Virus record (IMG/VR): IMGVR_UViG_3300032093_000023
Source of the DNA: an uncultured virus (IMG/VR IMGVR_UViG_3300032093_000023)
Taxonomy: Duplodnaviria; Heunggongvirae; Uroviricota; Caudoviricetes
Direction: 5' to 3' (one strand)
DNA: 64,000 nt
The position numbers and the translations under genes were made by a program. Positions 1 through 11,500 of the stretch are shown here, piece after piece (position 1 is the stretch's first letter; every line of letters starts with the position of its first letter). The notes under the pieces were generated by a model. That model made no database searches. It was given only the letters and a program-made list of their open reading frames with translations, and had not been told where the DNA came from.

Positions 1-1636
1 TACCTGTAACATTACCATCAGTATCATATAATGTTTCCACAGTAATCTCATCTCTACCTTTAGTCTTCTTACCTAATATCTGCATATCAATTACTGCATC
101 TACCATTTCATAGATATTAGACTCTTTACCATCAATTAATTCATTAGCTTTATGAGGATTAATAAATTTATTATCAGCTAAACTTCTTTGTAATAATCTA
201 GTTTGAGGTAATATTTCAGAAAGTTCTTCATGTTCAATAGCCATTGCTGCAAACTTAAATAAACTTTCACCTAAGTCTTTAGATTTATTATCTCCAGTTA
301 ATTTAGTAATATATTGAACAGGAATAACATCTCTTTCTAAATTAGCGTCTTTTACAAAATCATCTTTACTAATTTCATATCTTTTCATCCCAGTAATATA
401 CTTAACTAATCCTTTAGTTTTACCCCAAGTTCCTTCAATTTTTAACACATCTGCTAATGATTCTGTATATAAATTAGGTATAAAATCTTCGGGATGTTCT
501 TTTAACCACTGAGTCTGTCTATTAATAGGTAACTTTTCTACAGCTTCTTTAATAGTTTTTTGATAAAATTCATAAAAAGCTTTTAATTCTTTAGTTTTTT
601 GGATTTTAACATAATTAGGATTAGTATATTTTAACTTATCAATTGGTACAAATTTACCTAAAGTTTCATCATAAGTTGCTATTTTATAAATAGAACCATC
701 TTTAGCTTTACGAGATTCAGATAACTTATTATAAAACTCCGTAGTATAAGGTCTAGTTAATACTGTAGTTTTATCTGTATCTTGAATAAATAAAGAATAA
801 ACTTCCTTCATAGTCATATTATTAGACTTAGCATATTCTTTTAACTTTTCAACTTCAGATTTTACATCTTCATAAACTTTACCTTGATTACTAGAAATAC
901 TTAGTTGAGTACTTTTAATTAATGATCCCACAGTTCTAGCAATAGTGTTTTCAACATTAGTTAATGCACCAGTATACTTTTCAAAACCACCAATATCTTT
1001 TTGTTCAGATTTTAATTGTTCAAAAGTTTTACCTTGTTTAATATTAGCTTGTTTTTCAACAGTAGTCTCAACAATATGTTTAGCAATATTTAAAAATCTC
1101 TTTTGTAGTTCATCAACTCTAGCTGCAATTTCAGGTAAAAAGTATAAACTATCTAATCTTTCAGATAATTCAGCTACTCGAGAAATCTCAGTTTCTCTAC
1201 TACCCATTTCATAAGCTTTAATTAAACCTTCAATATTATCTAAATCTAATTCTGCTAATTCATATAAATAAGCTTTATTATTACTAACTTCATATTTAGC
1301 TAATAAATCTTTCATATTAGCCTCCATAGCTTTAAACTTATCATAACGAGGAGTGCCTTGAGGGGTCTTAGCTAATATGTTAGTAACATTAGCAATACTA
1401 CGTTTTAAATTAACTACTTGTTCTTTAAACTGTTCTTGAGGTTTAACTTCCTCAACTTTAGGTTTTTCAACTTTAACTTCTTTAATTCCTGGTAAATCTT
1501 CTAGTGTAGGAAATGAATCTACACCATGTTCTTTTTGCCACAAACTAACTTTAAGTTCTAATATTATTTGAGGTAATTTACTTTGCATTAATAAATGCTT
1601 GAACTCTTGAGAGTTAATATTTATACAACTAGCCAT
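1..1636 (-). CDS. Giant virion/ejection protein, crAss-like (partial, runs off the window edge)
   Basis: Not in the ORF track. ATG at 1636 overlaps the upstream TAA (TAATG). Reads MASCININSQEFKHLLMQSKLPQIILELKVSLWQKEHGVDSFPT; the same frame reads ...VETLYDTDGNVTG at the window edge. Position after the RNAP matches Crassvirales ejection proteins. Confidence 0.8.
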   Translation of the reverse strand, partial: MASCININSQEFKHLLMQSKLPQIILELKVSLWQKEHGVDSFPTLEDLPGIKEVKVEKPKVEEVKPQEQFKEQVVNLKRSIANVTNILAKTPQGTPRYDKFKAMEANMKDLLAKYEVSNNKAYLYELAELDLDNIEGLIKAYEMGSRETEISRVAELSERLDSLYFLPEIAARVDELQKRFLNIAKHIVETTVEKQANIKQGKTFEQLKSEQKDIGGFEKYTGALTNVENTIARTVGSLIKSTQLSISSNQGKVYEDVKSEVEKLKEYAKSNNMTMKEVYSLFIQDTDKTTVLTRPYTTEFYNKLSESRKAKDGSIYKIATYDETLGKFVPIDKLKYTNPNYVKIQKTKELKAFYEFYQKTIKEAVEKLPINRQTQWLKEHPEDFIPNLYTESLADVLKIEGTWGKTKGLVKYITGMKRYEISKDDFVKDANLERDVIPVQYITKLTGDNKSKDLGESLFKFAAMAIEHEELSEILPQTRLLQRSLADNKFINPHKANELIDGKESNIYEMVDAVIDMQILGKKTKGRDEITVETLYDTDGNVTG

Positions 1637-2508
1637 TATTTACATTGTTTTTTATATTCATCAATACTTTCTTGTGATATTCCATATTGATTAGAATCAT
1701 CCTTAGAATTAACCCAGTCTTTAAAACCTTCTATATCTTGTTTAGAACCTAATATATGTATTTGTTTTTGAGTTTTAACAAAGTGTTGTATACCTCTTTC
1801 ATTAGTAATAAGATTAAAAGTTGTTTCATTTGTAATATCAGGATTATTTAAAATTACAGCAACTATTTCTCCATAATTTTTAGCAGCTTTTTGAGAGGGT
1901 GTAAAATAATATCCGTACCCTAATTCCCCACTTTCATAAGCCCTATCATCATCAGATGGATATAACTCAGAATTATTTTTAAAACCTTCTGTAAATATTT
2001 GCTTTTTATTAGTAGTTCCATGATAAACAATATCTTTTACTTTACTATTAGGGAATATACTATCTAAATACGCAGAGTATTCTTGTGAAGTTCCTATACT
2101 AGCTAATTCAGGAGATTGTTTAAAAATATCACTTACACCTTCTTTAGTTTCTTGTGATATACCATAATCTACATCATCAATCTCTCCTTGTTCAATTGGA
2201 TCATTAAATTCTTGTTCCATTAAAGCAACATCGCCATTAAAAAAGTCTAAATCTCTTTCAAATGTTTTTTCAGCTAATTTTTGTCTTATTAATTCTCTGT
2301 CTACAAGTTTTTGAAAATTATTAACAATTACTTTATAACCACCTATCCCAGAATGTTCTCTAACATCAGTTAAATTAAATCCCCAAAGGTTATTTAAATC
2401 ATCACTTATTTTTTTAGCTGCATTTTTTGAAAAAATATCCTGTTTGTTAGGTAATTTTTCATCAATACTTTTATTTATTGTTTTTTCTATTTCTATACTA
2501 CAAGCCAT
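1636..2508 (-). CDS. Virion-associated ADP-ribosyltransferase (ART-PolyVal-like) domain protein
   Basis: VKDIVYHGT...GELGYGYYFTPS...AAKNYG...HILGSKQDIEGF matches the HG...GxYF ART signature of phage polyvalent proteins. Confidence 0.7.
   Translation of the reverse strand: MACSIEIEKTINKSIDEKLPNKQDIFSKNAAKKISDDLNNLWGFNLTDVREHSGIGGYKVIVNNFQKLVDRELIRQKLAEKTFERDLDFFNGDVALMEQEFNDPIEQGEIDDVDYGISQETKEGVSDIFKQSPELASIGTSQEYSAYLDSIFPNSKVKDIVYHGTTNKKQIFTEGFKNNSELYPSDDDRAYESGELGYGYYFTPSQKAAKNYGEIVAVILNNPDITNETTFNLITNERGIQHFVKTQKQIHILGSKQDIEGFKDWVNSKDDSNQYGISQESIDEYKKQCK
1668..2166. repeat. 19-bp direct repeat (1668-1686 and 2148-2166) bracketing the ART domain
   Basis: tttcttgtgatat[t/a]ccata occurs twice, 480 bp apart and in frame; both copies encode YGISQE. 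Confidence 0.8.
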
Positions 2509-5500
2509 TAGTTACAATTTTTTTTATAAATTACTGCTTTTGCTAATATTAATTCTTTAATTTTAGGATTGCTAACACTTTCTTTACCCAAGTTAGTTAT
2601 ACCACTACCTAATATTTTATTATCCGATGTTACAAAATAATTATTACCCTTATGATTAGATGTTCTTAAAGTACCATCTTGTAATTCTTTTCTAATATTA
2701 ACTTTATTTATAATTGTTTCATCTGTTAATATTTTACCATCAGAATAAGTTATTTCACCATTAGGTTTTAATATAAAAGTATACTGATTAACCTTAATTT
2801 CTCTATTTTTTAAAGGTACACTTTTTTCTTGAGATTGCCAATCATTATTACTAAAATTAATACTTTCTTCAATCACATCTTGATCACTAGGTAATATCTC
2901 ATTAAATCCTTCATATAAAGATTCAGAGTTATCTACAACTTCTTCAGATTCAACTTGAGGTACAGGAACTAAATTCTTAGGCTTACTTAAAGCTTTAACT
3001 TTAATTTCTAATTTCTCATAACGATTATTAGGAAACTCAGTAATTACTTCACCAAAAGGATTAATTTCTAATCTCTTACCAGGTTGACCTAAATAAGTGA
3101 TTTGTCTGTAAGTAGGTTGTTTACTAATTTTAGAAGCTTCTTCATCTAATTTATATAAAGGAGTGTAATCCTTATTCATTTTAAATCTAATATAAGGAAC
3201 TAATATTTCACCACCAGTAATTTCTTTTAATCTAGGATCAGTAGAATCTTTATCAATAACTAATGTTTTACCATCTTCTAATACATTAAATAACTTATTC
3301 TCATTATCATAAGTTTTAGTAAACTTCTTAGCAAAGTTTCTAAACAACTGATCAACAATATTATTTACTTTATTAGTTTCTGGAGCATTATTTAAAATAG
3401 TTTTTCTAATATTAGCTCTATTTTCAGATAAACCTAAATCTTGTAATATACTTGGATCAATATATCCAGCATAACTACTAAACCCACTGAAAAATCCTGT
3501 ATTAATAAATGAATGTTCAACTAAATGTTTAACTAATGGCTTATAAACTTTTGAAGGTTCATTCCATAAAGTCAATAAATCATTAATTATTAATTCTTTT
3601 TGATTTAACTCAATCTTACCATTACCTCTAATTGATAAAGTCCTAACATCTGAATTCTTCAAATTAGATACTTGTAACAATTGAAATAAGGCCATATTTT
3701 TTAATCTTTCTTGAATAACTACAGGAATTGCTTTACCAAATATTTTAAATATTACATCTTTATGTGTATTCTCACTAGTTAGCATAGCCATATCATCCAT
3801 AAACTCTTTCTCAGATAGTCTATTTTCATCTAAATAAATGTCTTTAAATGTTGTTTCAGCATCTAAATACATTTGAATAAATCCATTAATAGCGTCTCTG
3901 TCATCAGACTTTAATCTAGTAAAATCAATATTAGTAGTTCCATAAACCTTTTGAGCTACTTCATTCTTAATAGTATTAAAGAATCCTGATGCAAAGTTAT
4001 AATGTTGTTGTAACACATTATATTGAGCTTGTACAGTATCAATATAAGGTTTAATAGCATTAGAATTTAATAATGTAGCAATACCTTCAATTAAAGTATT
4101 TTCAGAACTTAATGTTTTATATAATTCTAATTTACCATTAACATCTTCAAAGTTAGGTCCAGTCTCTTTATTAATACTAAATAAGTTATTTAATTGACCT
4201 AACTCAGTAATTACTTTCTCATTATTTGCATACATATTAAGTAATGCAATTTGTAACTGTAAAAACTTCAATTTCTTATATTCAGGTAATACTTCATAAG
4301 CTAATGGATTATTAGATAAAGATACTTCATCAAAAGCTTTAGGATTATTTAAATCTTCTAAAGTTAATCCTGTAAATTGTTTTAACTCATTAGAATCAAT
4401 AATATCATTCTCTTCAATAGAACTTAATGTATTATTACCTAAAACTTTATCTTTTAAAGCAGTATATGCTTCACTAGTATTTGTACTAGAAGCTATTTTT
4501 TCAAACTCTTTATTATACAAAGCTTTGTAATCACCAATTACTGTATCAATAGATTTTCTTTTAAAATTTTTAGATTTTAATTGTTTATCATTTGATTCTA
4601 AAGCACTAGATAAATCTTTGATTGCAGGTTGAGCAGTAATTCTACTAGCTATATCTGCACCTAATCCTAATCTAACTATATAAGACCATAAAGGTAATGT
4701 CTTTTCAGTAATACCAATAGAAGGTAACATCTCAGGTGTTTTTACAGCATCTAAAATTACAGCCATCATTGCTGATAACTCTTCTACAATTTTAGTATTA
4801 TCATCAGATATTACTTGATTTAAATTATTTCTAGTATTAGTAGTATTCCCTGATTTAATTTTAACTCCTTGAGGAATAAATGTACCATCAGTTTTTGTTT
4901 TAGGTTTAATATTCAAATTACCTTCAGTAGCCCAAGCATGTCCAGATACCTGTAATGCAGCAATACCTTTTAATCTAGATATTTTATGGAATAAATCTTT
5001 TAATGCAACTTGATTTAAAGCTGTAAAATAGTTATTAGATTTCTTCTTAGTAGATTTTTCTTCTAACTCCTTAGCAACTTTAGCAATATTACCTGGTCCA
5101 GATGGGGTAATTAATGATTCTAACATACTTGTAGATTTAAGTATATCAAAATAATTATCTAATAATTTATTATCTCTAGCCGGCTTAATGTTTTGTTCAA
5201 TAATAGATAATTTAGAAAACTCTTCTAAAGTTAATTTATTATCCTTACTATACTCTTTATAGATAGAGTATCTTTCTTCAGTTTTATCTACTTCAGGTAT
5301 GAATACATAAGGTTTAATTTCTCCTTTAACAGATTTACTTGCTCTAGAAATAAACATAATTTTATCAAAGTCAAAGTCAGCACCAAATTGTGTAGTTACC
5401 TCATAAGGTAATAACATAACACCTTTATACTCTGCAGGTAAGAAATGTACAACTTTAACAGCCATCATTGAGTGAGCTCCTTCAGTAGGGATACGATAAA

Positions 5501-8500
5501 CTAACATTTGTTTCATCTCTTCAGGAATATTATCTTTAATACTACCATCTTGATTAACAAATTCTTTCATCCAAACAGGAGCTGCAGCTTCACAGAAATC
5601 AATAGAATCTTTACCTGTACTCTTAATATACTTTAAAGAAGTTCTTAATTTATTAATTTTAGCATCAGAATTTAAATCTTCTGAAGTTAATGTGCTTGCA
5701 CCAACTTGTAAACCAATTGAAGATACTTGTACAGCAGCCCCACCAGTAAATGCTTGTCTAGTTACATTACCACTAAATATAGATGATATTAATTGAATAG
5801 TAGATTTAGAACTAATTAAATCTAAAGGATATTGGAATGTTCCATCAGGGTTTTGCTGAAATACTTTTTCAATAATAGAAGTAGCATTTCTAGAAGTAAT
5901 TGCTTCTTGAATCATCTTAGTTAATTCTGGATTATTAGTTGCAAATCCTTCAATAACTTTCTGTAAAGCTTCTTCAATATTAGCTTTATCTAATAATGCA
6001 ATTTCATTTTTAATATCTCTACCAGATCTACCATTATAATCTTGTTTATTTTCAACCATTCCATAGAATAGCATTTTTAATTGTCTTAAAGAACTATTTT
6101 CTGAATCTAACATGTGATCAGGATTAGCTACTTGTTCACCAAAATTGTTTAAGTCTAATTCTACGATACTTGTAGATTCAGGAGTGCTAATATCCGCTTT
6201 AAATGGAGATAAAGCCTTCATAGTAGATTCAAATGCAATTACTTGTGGATAATTCTCATCAACATCCATTAGTTTCTTATGTTCAGCTAATAAAGGATTA
6301 TTTTCTACATAAGCATTAGTTAATGGAAAAATACTACATTTTACTTGTACAGGTTCATATCTTTTAGTCTCAGCATTCCATTGATTACCATAAGAAAATG
6401 GTTTTAATACTGCTAATTTATCAGACTCTTGACCAAATACTTTTTGTAGTTCTTTAAACATGGCTTCTGATACAAACATTTGAGCATCAGTATTATTAAT
6501 CATACCTACACCTTTATCATTAGTAGCATAATTATCTTCAGCTAATTCTTTAATTCTAGGATTATTAGTCTCTTCAGCAATAGCAACTAAGTCATTTAAT
6601 GATTCTGATGCAGAGTATACATCTTCAATAATATTCATTTTAAACTTAGCTCCTTTTAAATATTTGTAAGATTCATCTATTGTAGAAGTATCTGCAAATT
6701 TAAGCATAGAGTATCCTTGGTAATAACGTTTACCATTATCAGCAGGACCTTTATAGAATGCAGGATCACCATTAATTAATAATGAACTTGAAATATTAAA
6801 TAAATAAGAGTTTAAAGACCACTCTCTAACTATTTTATCAATAGTATTCTCTGGAATAGTACTTGATATTTTATCAGATACTAATTTACCATCAACTAAT
6901 TGAACAATATTTTTATCTAATAAAGCTTGTTTTTCAGTTTTAGCAACATGTTCTAATTCTTTAATTAAAGCAGCATCTACTTTAGCTAATAAATTAGTTT
7001 TACTTAATGCAGTTAATAAATCTTCATTAGAATCTAATTGAGTTTCTAAGAACTTATTTAATTCAGTTTTTAATTCAGAATTTATAGCATTAGTTAAATT
7101 AAACTCTAATCCTAACTTTTTACCTAAGTGATAATTATTAACTAATTTTTCTTTAGGTAGAGATTTAATATCTTTAGTTACTTGTTTAATTCTAGCTAAC
7201 TCATTTAAAAATAATTGTCTAAATTCACCTAAGAATGTAGAACCTTCTAAATTCTCTGGAACTGTTAATTTATCATAACTAAATCCAAAAGATAATCCTT
7301 TTTCTGCAGGAATAATTGGGGCATATAGTGCCGGAGCATTAGTCATATTACCCTCAGCTTGCTTATTAACAAACATGTTAATAATCATTGCTATATAATC
7401 ATCAGAATCTATTTGATTAAATTTCTTACCCTCGTTAGTATCACCTTCCATTTTTAAACCATCTAAAGGAAACATAACTAAATTATGTCTATTTTTAAAT
7501 AAGAAGTTATTTTTAAATAAAGGATCTCTTTCTAAATCTTTTTTTAATTCAGAACCTAATTGATCATTAGATAATTTATCTACTAGTTTAGAAGCAAAAG
7601 ATTGGTATTGAATAGCGTATACCGATGAATTCTCAACATTATTAAATGATGAAGTAAATAATGCTGTTTGAGCATTAAGTTCCATTTTAACTAATTGATT
7701 AAATGTAGTTCTAGCATCACTAAATTTTTTATTAACCCACTTATTACTTGCATAACTTAATAAATCTCTAGTTAAGTTTTGTAATGGGGTAAATTTATTT
7801 ACTGAAGGAATATTATTAAAAGTCTCAATAGTATCATAAGATAAACCAACACCTAGTTTATTAGCTAATTCAAATACTTCTTGAACATTTAAATCTTTAC
7901 CTTTATATGACTCTACTAAAGCTTTAACTTTATCAGAGTTAACTTCATAACTACCTTCTTCAGTATTAAATGTTCTAATATCATTAGTAACTAAATTATT
8001 AGGATCTAAAATATTAGTAGACTCCCATTTAGTTTTTAATGCTACTTCAACACCTTCTCTATTTGGATCAAATATTTTAAAGTCAAAAGAATCTCCTACT
8101 TTCTTATAAGTAATTAATTTATAGTTTAAAACTTGTTTATTAAAATTAGCTGCAAATTGTTGTTTAAATTTAGCTTTAGTTTCAGGGTTTTTAATAGATT
8201 CAATAGCTTCTAATACTTGTTTTAATACAGGTTTGTAAGCAGATAAATCTTGTAATTTTTTAGCCTGGCCAGCAAATGTAGTAGTACCTATTAAAGTATG
8301 TTCTAAGGTATGATATATCTCTTCAAATGAATGAAACTTTGTAAATCCATAAATATCTATATCTACTTCACCATTCTTTTTAACTACAGGAATATTAGAT
8401 AAGAATAATTTAATTTCATGTGTTGCTGTTTTAATACCTGAAATAGTAGTCATTTCTTTCCATCCTTTAGTTTCATTACCTTCCATAGAAGATACAATCT

Positions 8501-11500
8501 CATCTTCTTTAGTATCTTGTATTCCTTCTAAATCTAATACTTTAGGGTCACTTAAATTAGATAAATCAATATTTAAATTTCTTGTAGATTTAATTTGTTT
8601 AGAAATATTTTCTAATAGCCCATTAAAATTATCATAAACTTCTTTAATAATTTTTAACTTATTTAAATCTGGATTAGCTTTAGAATCTTCTTCTGCAAAA
8701 GTCTTAGCATACTGTTTCTTAATATCAGCTATAATCTGAGCTAATGTAGTATTAGTAATTTTATTTAAAGGTGTTCCTTTAGCTACTTCTTGAGATATTC
8801 TATCTAATACTTGATCAGCAATAGATTTAGTTCTATCTAATTCAGCAGCCATAGATATTTTATTCAATACTCTAACATAGGCTTGTCCAAAGTCTTTATA
8901 ACTAATAGGTAAGTTTGCTAATTTAGCACCTTTACTACGATCAGCTAATTTACCTTTAACTATTTCAGAAAATAATTTATCAGTTTGAGTAGGATTACTA
9001 TTTTTAAATATGTTAAATAAATCAAATATCTTTTTAAAGAAGTTTAATATCTTCTTACCTAAAGATTGGTTTAATTCTCCATCAGCATATTTACCAAAGT
9101 CATCAGCTAATCTTTCTTCATAATGTAATTGAGTTAATACTTCATCAGATAAATTTTCATTACCTTTACCCTCTCTTAAGAATTGTAATCTCTCAACAGT
9201 AGGTTTATCATATTTTACAACAGCATCATTTAATATTCCAATACGTTCAGTATTAGATAATATGTTTCTAAATACACCATGAAATGCTTCATGATACATT
9301 GTTTGGTTTGTAGCTCCATTAAATAAGTAAATAAGCATATTGTGAAACATACCATAAGTATCTTTCATATTTTTACCAACTTCTTCAACTTGTTTAGCAT
9401 CAGCTAAAGTTAATCCTGGTAAAATCTTATTTAGTTTTTCAATTGACTTAGAAGTTATTTCAGTACCTTCTAATTTAGTTCTACTAAAAGCTAAGTCACT
9501 ACCTTCTTCAAAGTTCTCTAAATCATGTTTAGATGTAAGTACATCAGACTCTTTAGTTTCAGTAGTATTACTATTTTTAAAATTAGTTTCAAAATCAGTT
9601 AATATTTTATCATATTTATTATTAATTTCAAGTATTTCTTCATTTAGTTTATTAGATAATTTAGAATTATCATAATCATCCCCAAATTTCCAACCTTCTG
9701 GTTTAATTGCTTCTAAATGTTGTTTAGATAATTTTTCAGCTTCTTTAAAAGATATTTTTAAAACTTTTGTAAATAAAGTTGTGTCTGAACCATACTCATT
9801 TGAAATTCCACTTTTTGATAATAAATAATGAGCAGCAAGTAATAAATCTTTATTTTTTAATTTAGTTAATATTTCATCTCTTTTATCACTTAAAATTTTA
9901 TTTCTTTTATCGTAATAAGAATTTTCTGAATTTACATTAGTTGGTGTAACTAATTCAAAAGGTTTTTTAACAACTACTTCTGTAGCTATATAACCTTCTG
10001 GGTTATTAATTTGAATATAAGGTTGTACATAATAATTATCATTAGAATCAGTATAAGCATTAGTTACTAATACATTATTACCTAATAACTCTTCTTGATA
10101 ATCAGATTTATTTAAATTGTTTACATCTAAATTAAATCTACTAGATTGTAAAGCTTGTTTTAATTCTGCAATAATTACAGGATTATTAGATTTAATATCT
10201 GTAAATTTAAAAGTATTTCCTGCAACATTAATTTTACCTATCTCAGTACCTTCTTTACTTTCAAATACTTTAATACCACTATGGTTTTTAAACTTATTAC
10301 CACTACTAATAAAAATATATTTATTTAATTCTTGAATTAACTTATTGTAATTAATAGACATACCATTATTTGATATATTATTAATTAAAGATTCAACAAT
10401 AGTATTAGTTACTTTCTCAGAATTACTTGATTTACCAATAAACTCTGTAAATACTGGAATAACAGACCAACTATCATTAGCTGTTTTAACTACTTGAAAT
10501 ACTCTACCTACACCTAATTTAGTTCCTTGTGGATCACTAGGATTTTCTACAGCATAAGAAGTACCTGTAAATTGATTAGCAACAACTTGTTGATTATCTG
10601 ATAACTCTTTACCTACTAAAGATTCTCCATTATCATATAAAAATAATGGTTTATTATCTACTAAATCTTGAGGTCTAGTAGATACTTTTTGATCTAATAC
10701 AGGAAGATTATTCTTAATTTTAATTAATAATTTACCTTTACCTTTCTCAGCGATAGTAGTCTTAAGACTACCTGAAGGTTTAGATAAAATATAAGCTCTA
10801 AGTTTTTTTAATTCTTCTAAAGCAGCAAGTACTTTAGGATCTGTAGAAGTAGTTTCATGAGGTAAAGCTAATTTACCAACTACTAATTCTTGCTCAGTTT
10901 CAGCATTTTGTAATAATGTAATCTCATCACCTGCATGTACATAAGTAACTTCAGAACCAACTTCTGCTACATTAGGGTTACTTACAGCTATTGAAACACT
11001 AGGATTAGATTCTTCAATAACCAAACCTTCTGAATCTCTAGCCCATACTTTTTTACCAGGTTGAAATTCATAATGCTTCATCATTAAAGCATTAGGTACT
11101 TTACTAGTAAATTCTTTATCTGATATTTGAGTAGGTTTATCTAAAGTTTCATCTAAGTTAGTTGAAATATCAAAAGCATTTGAAGCACCGTTAGATATAG
11201 TTTCATCTGATTCAGATACTTCTGGAGTAGTTACTTCAGGTTGATTTAAATTATCTAATTCAATCTCTACTTGTCTTCCTTCTTTAGTTGTAAAACCTGT
11301 TGGATTTTTTAATATTTTATCAAGAATTTCAAGTGCTTTAAGGTTATTATAATTTTTATTTATAACATTTCTAATCTCTTGCATTGTTTTATTATAAATA
11401 TCAGAATTAATATCATCTTTAATATTTCCTAATTTATCAGCATATTTATTTCTAATATTATTTATTTCAATAGCTGCTTTTGGAAATCCACCAACTAAAG

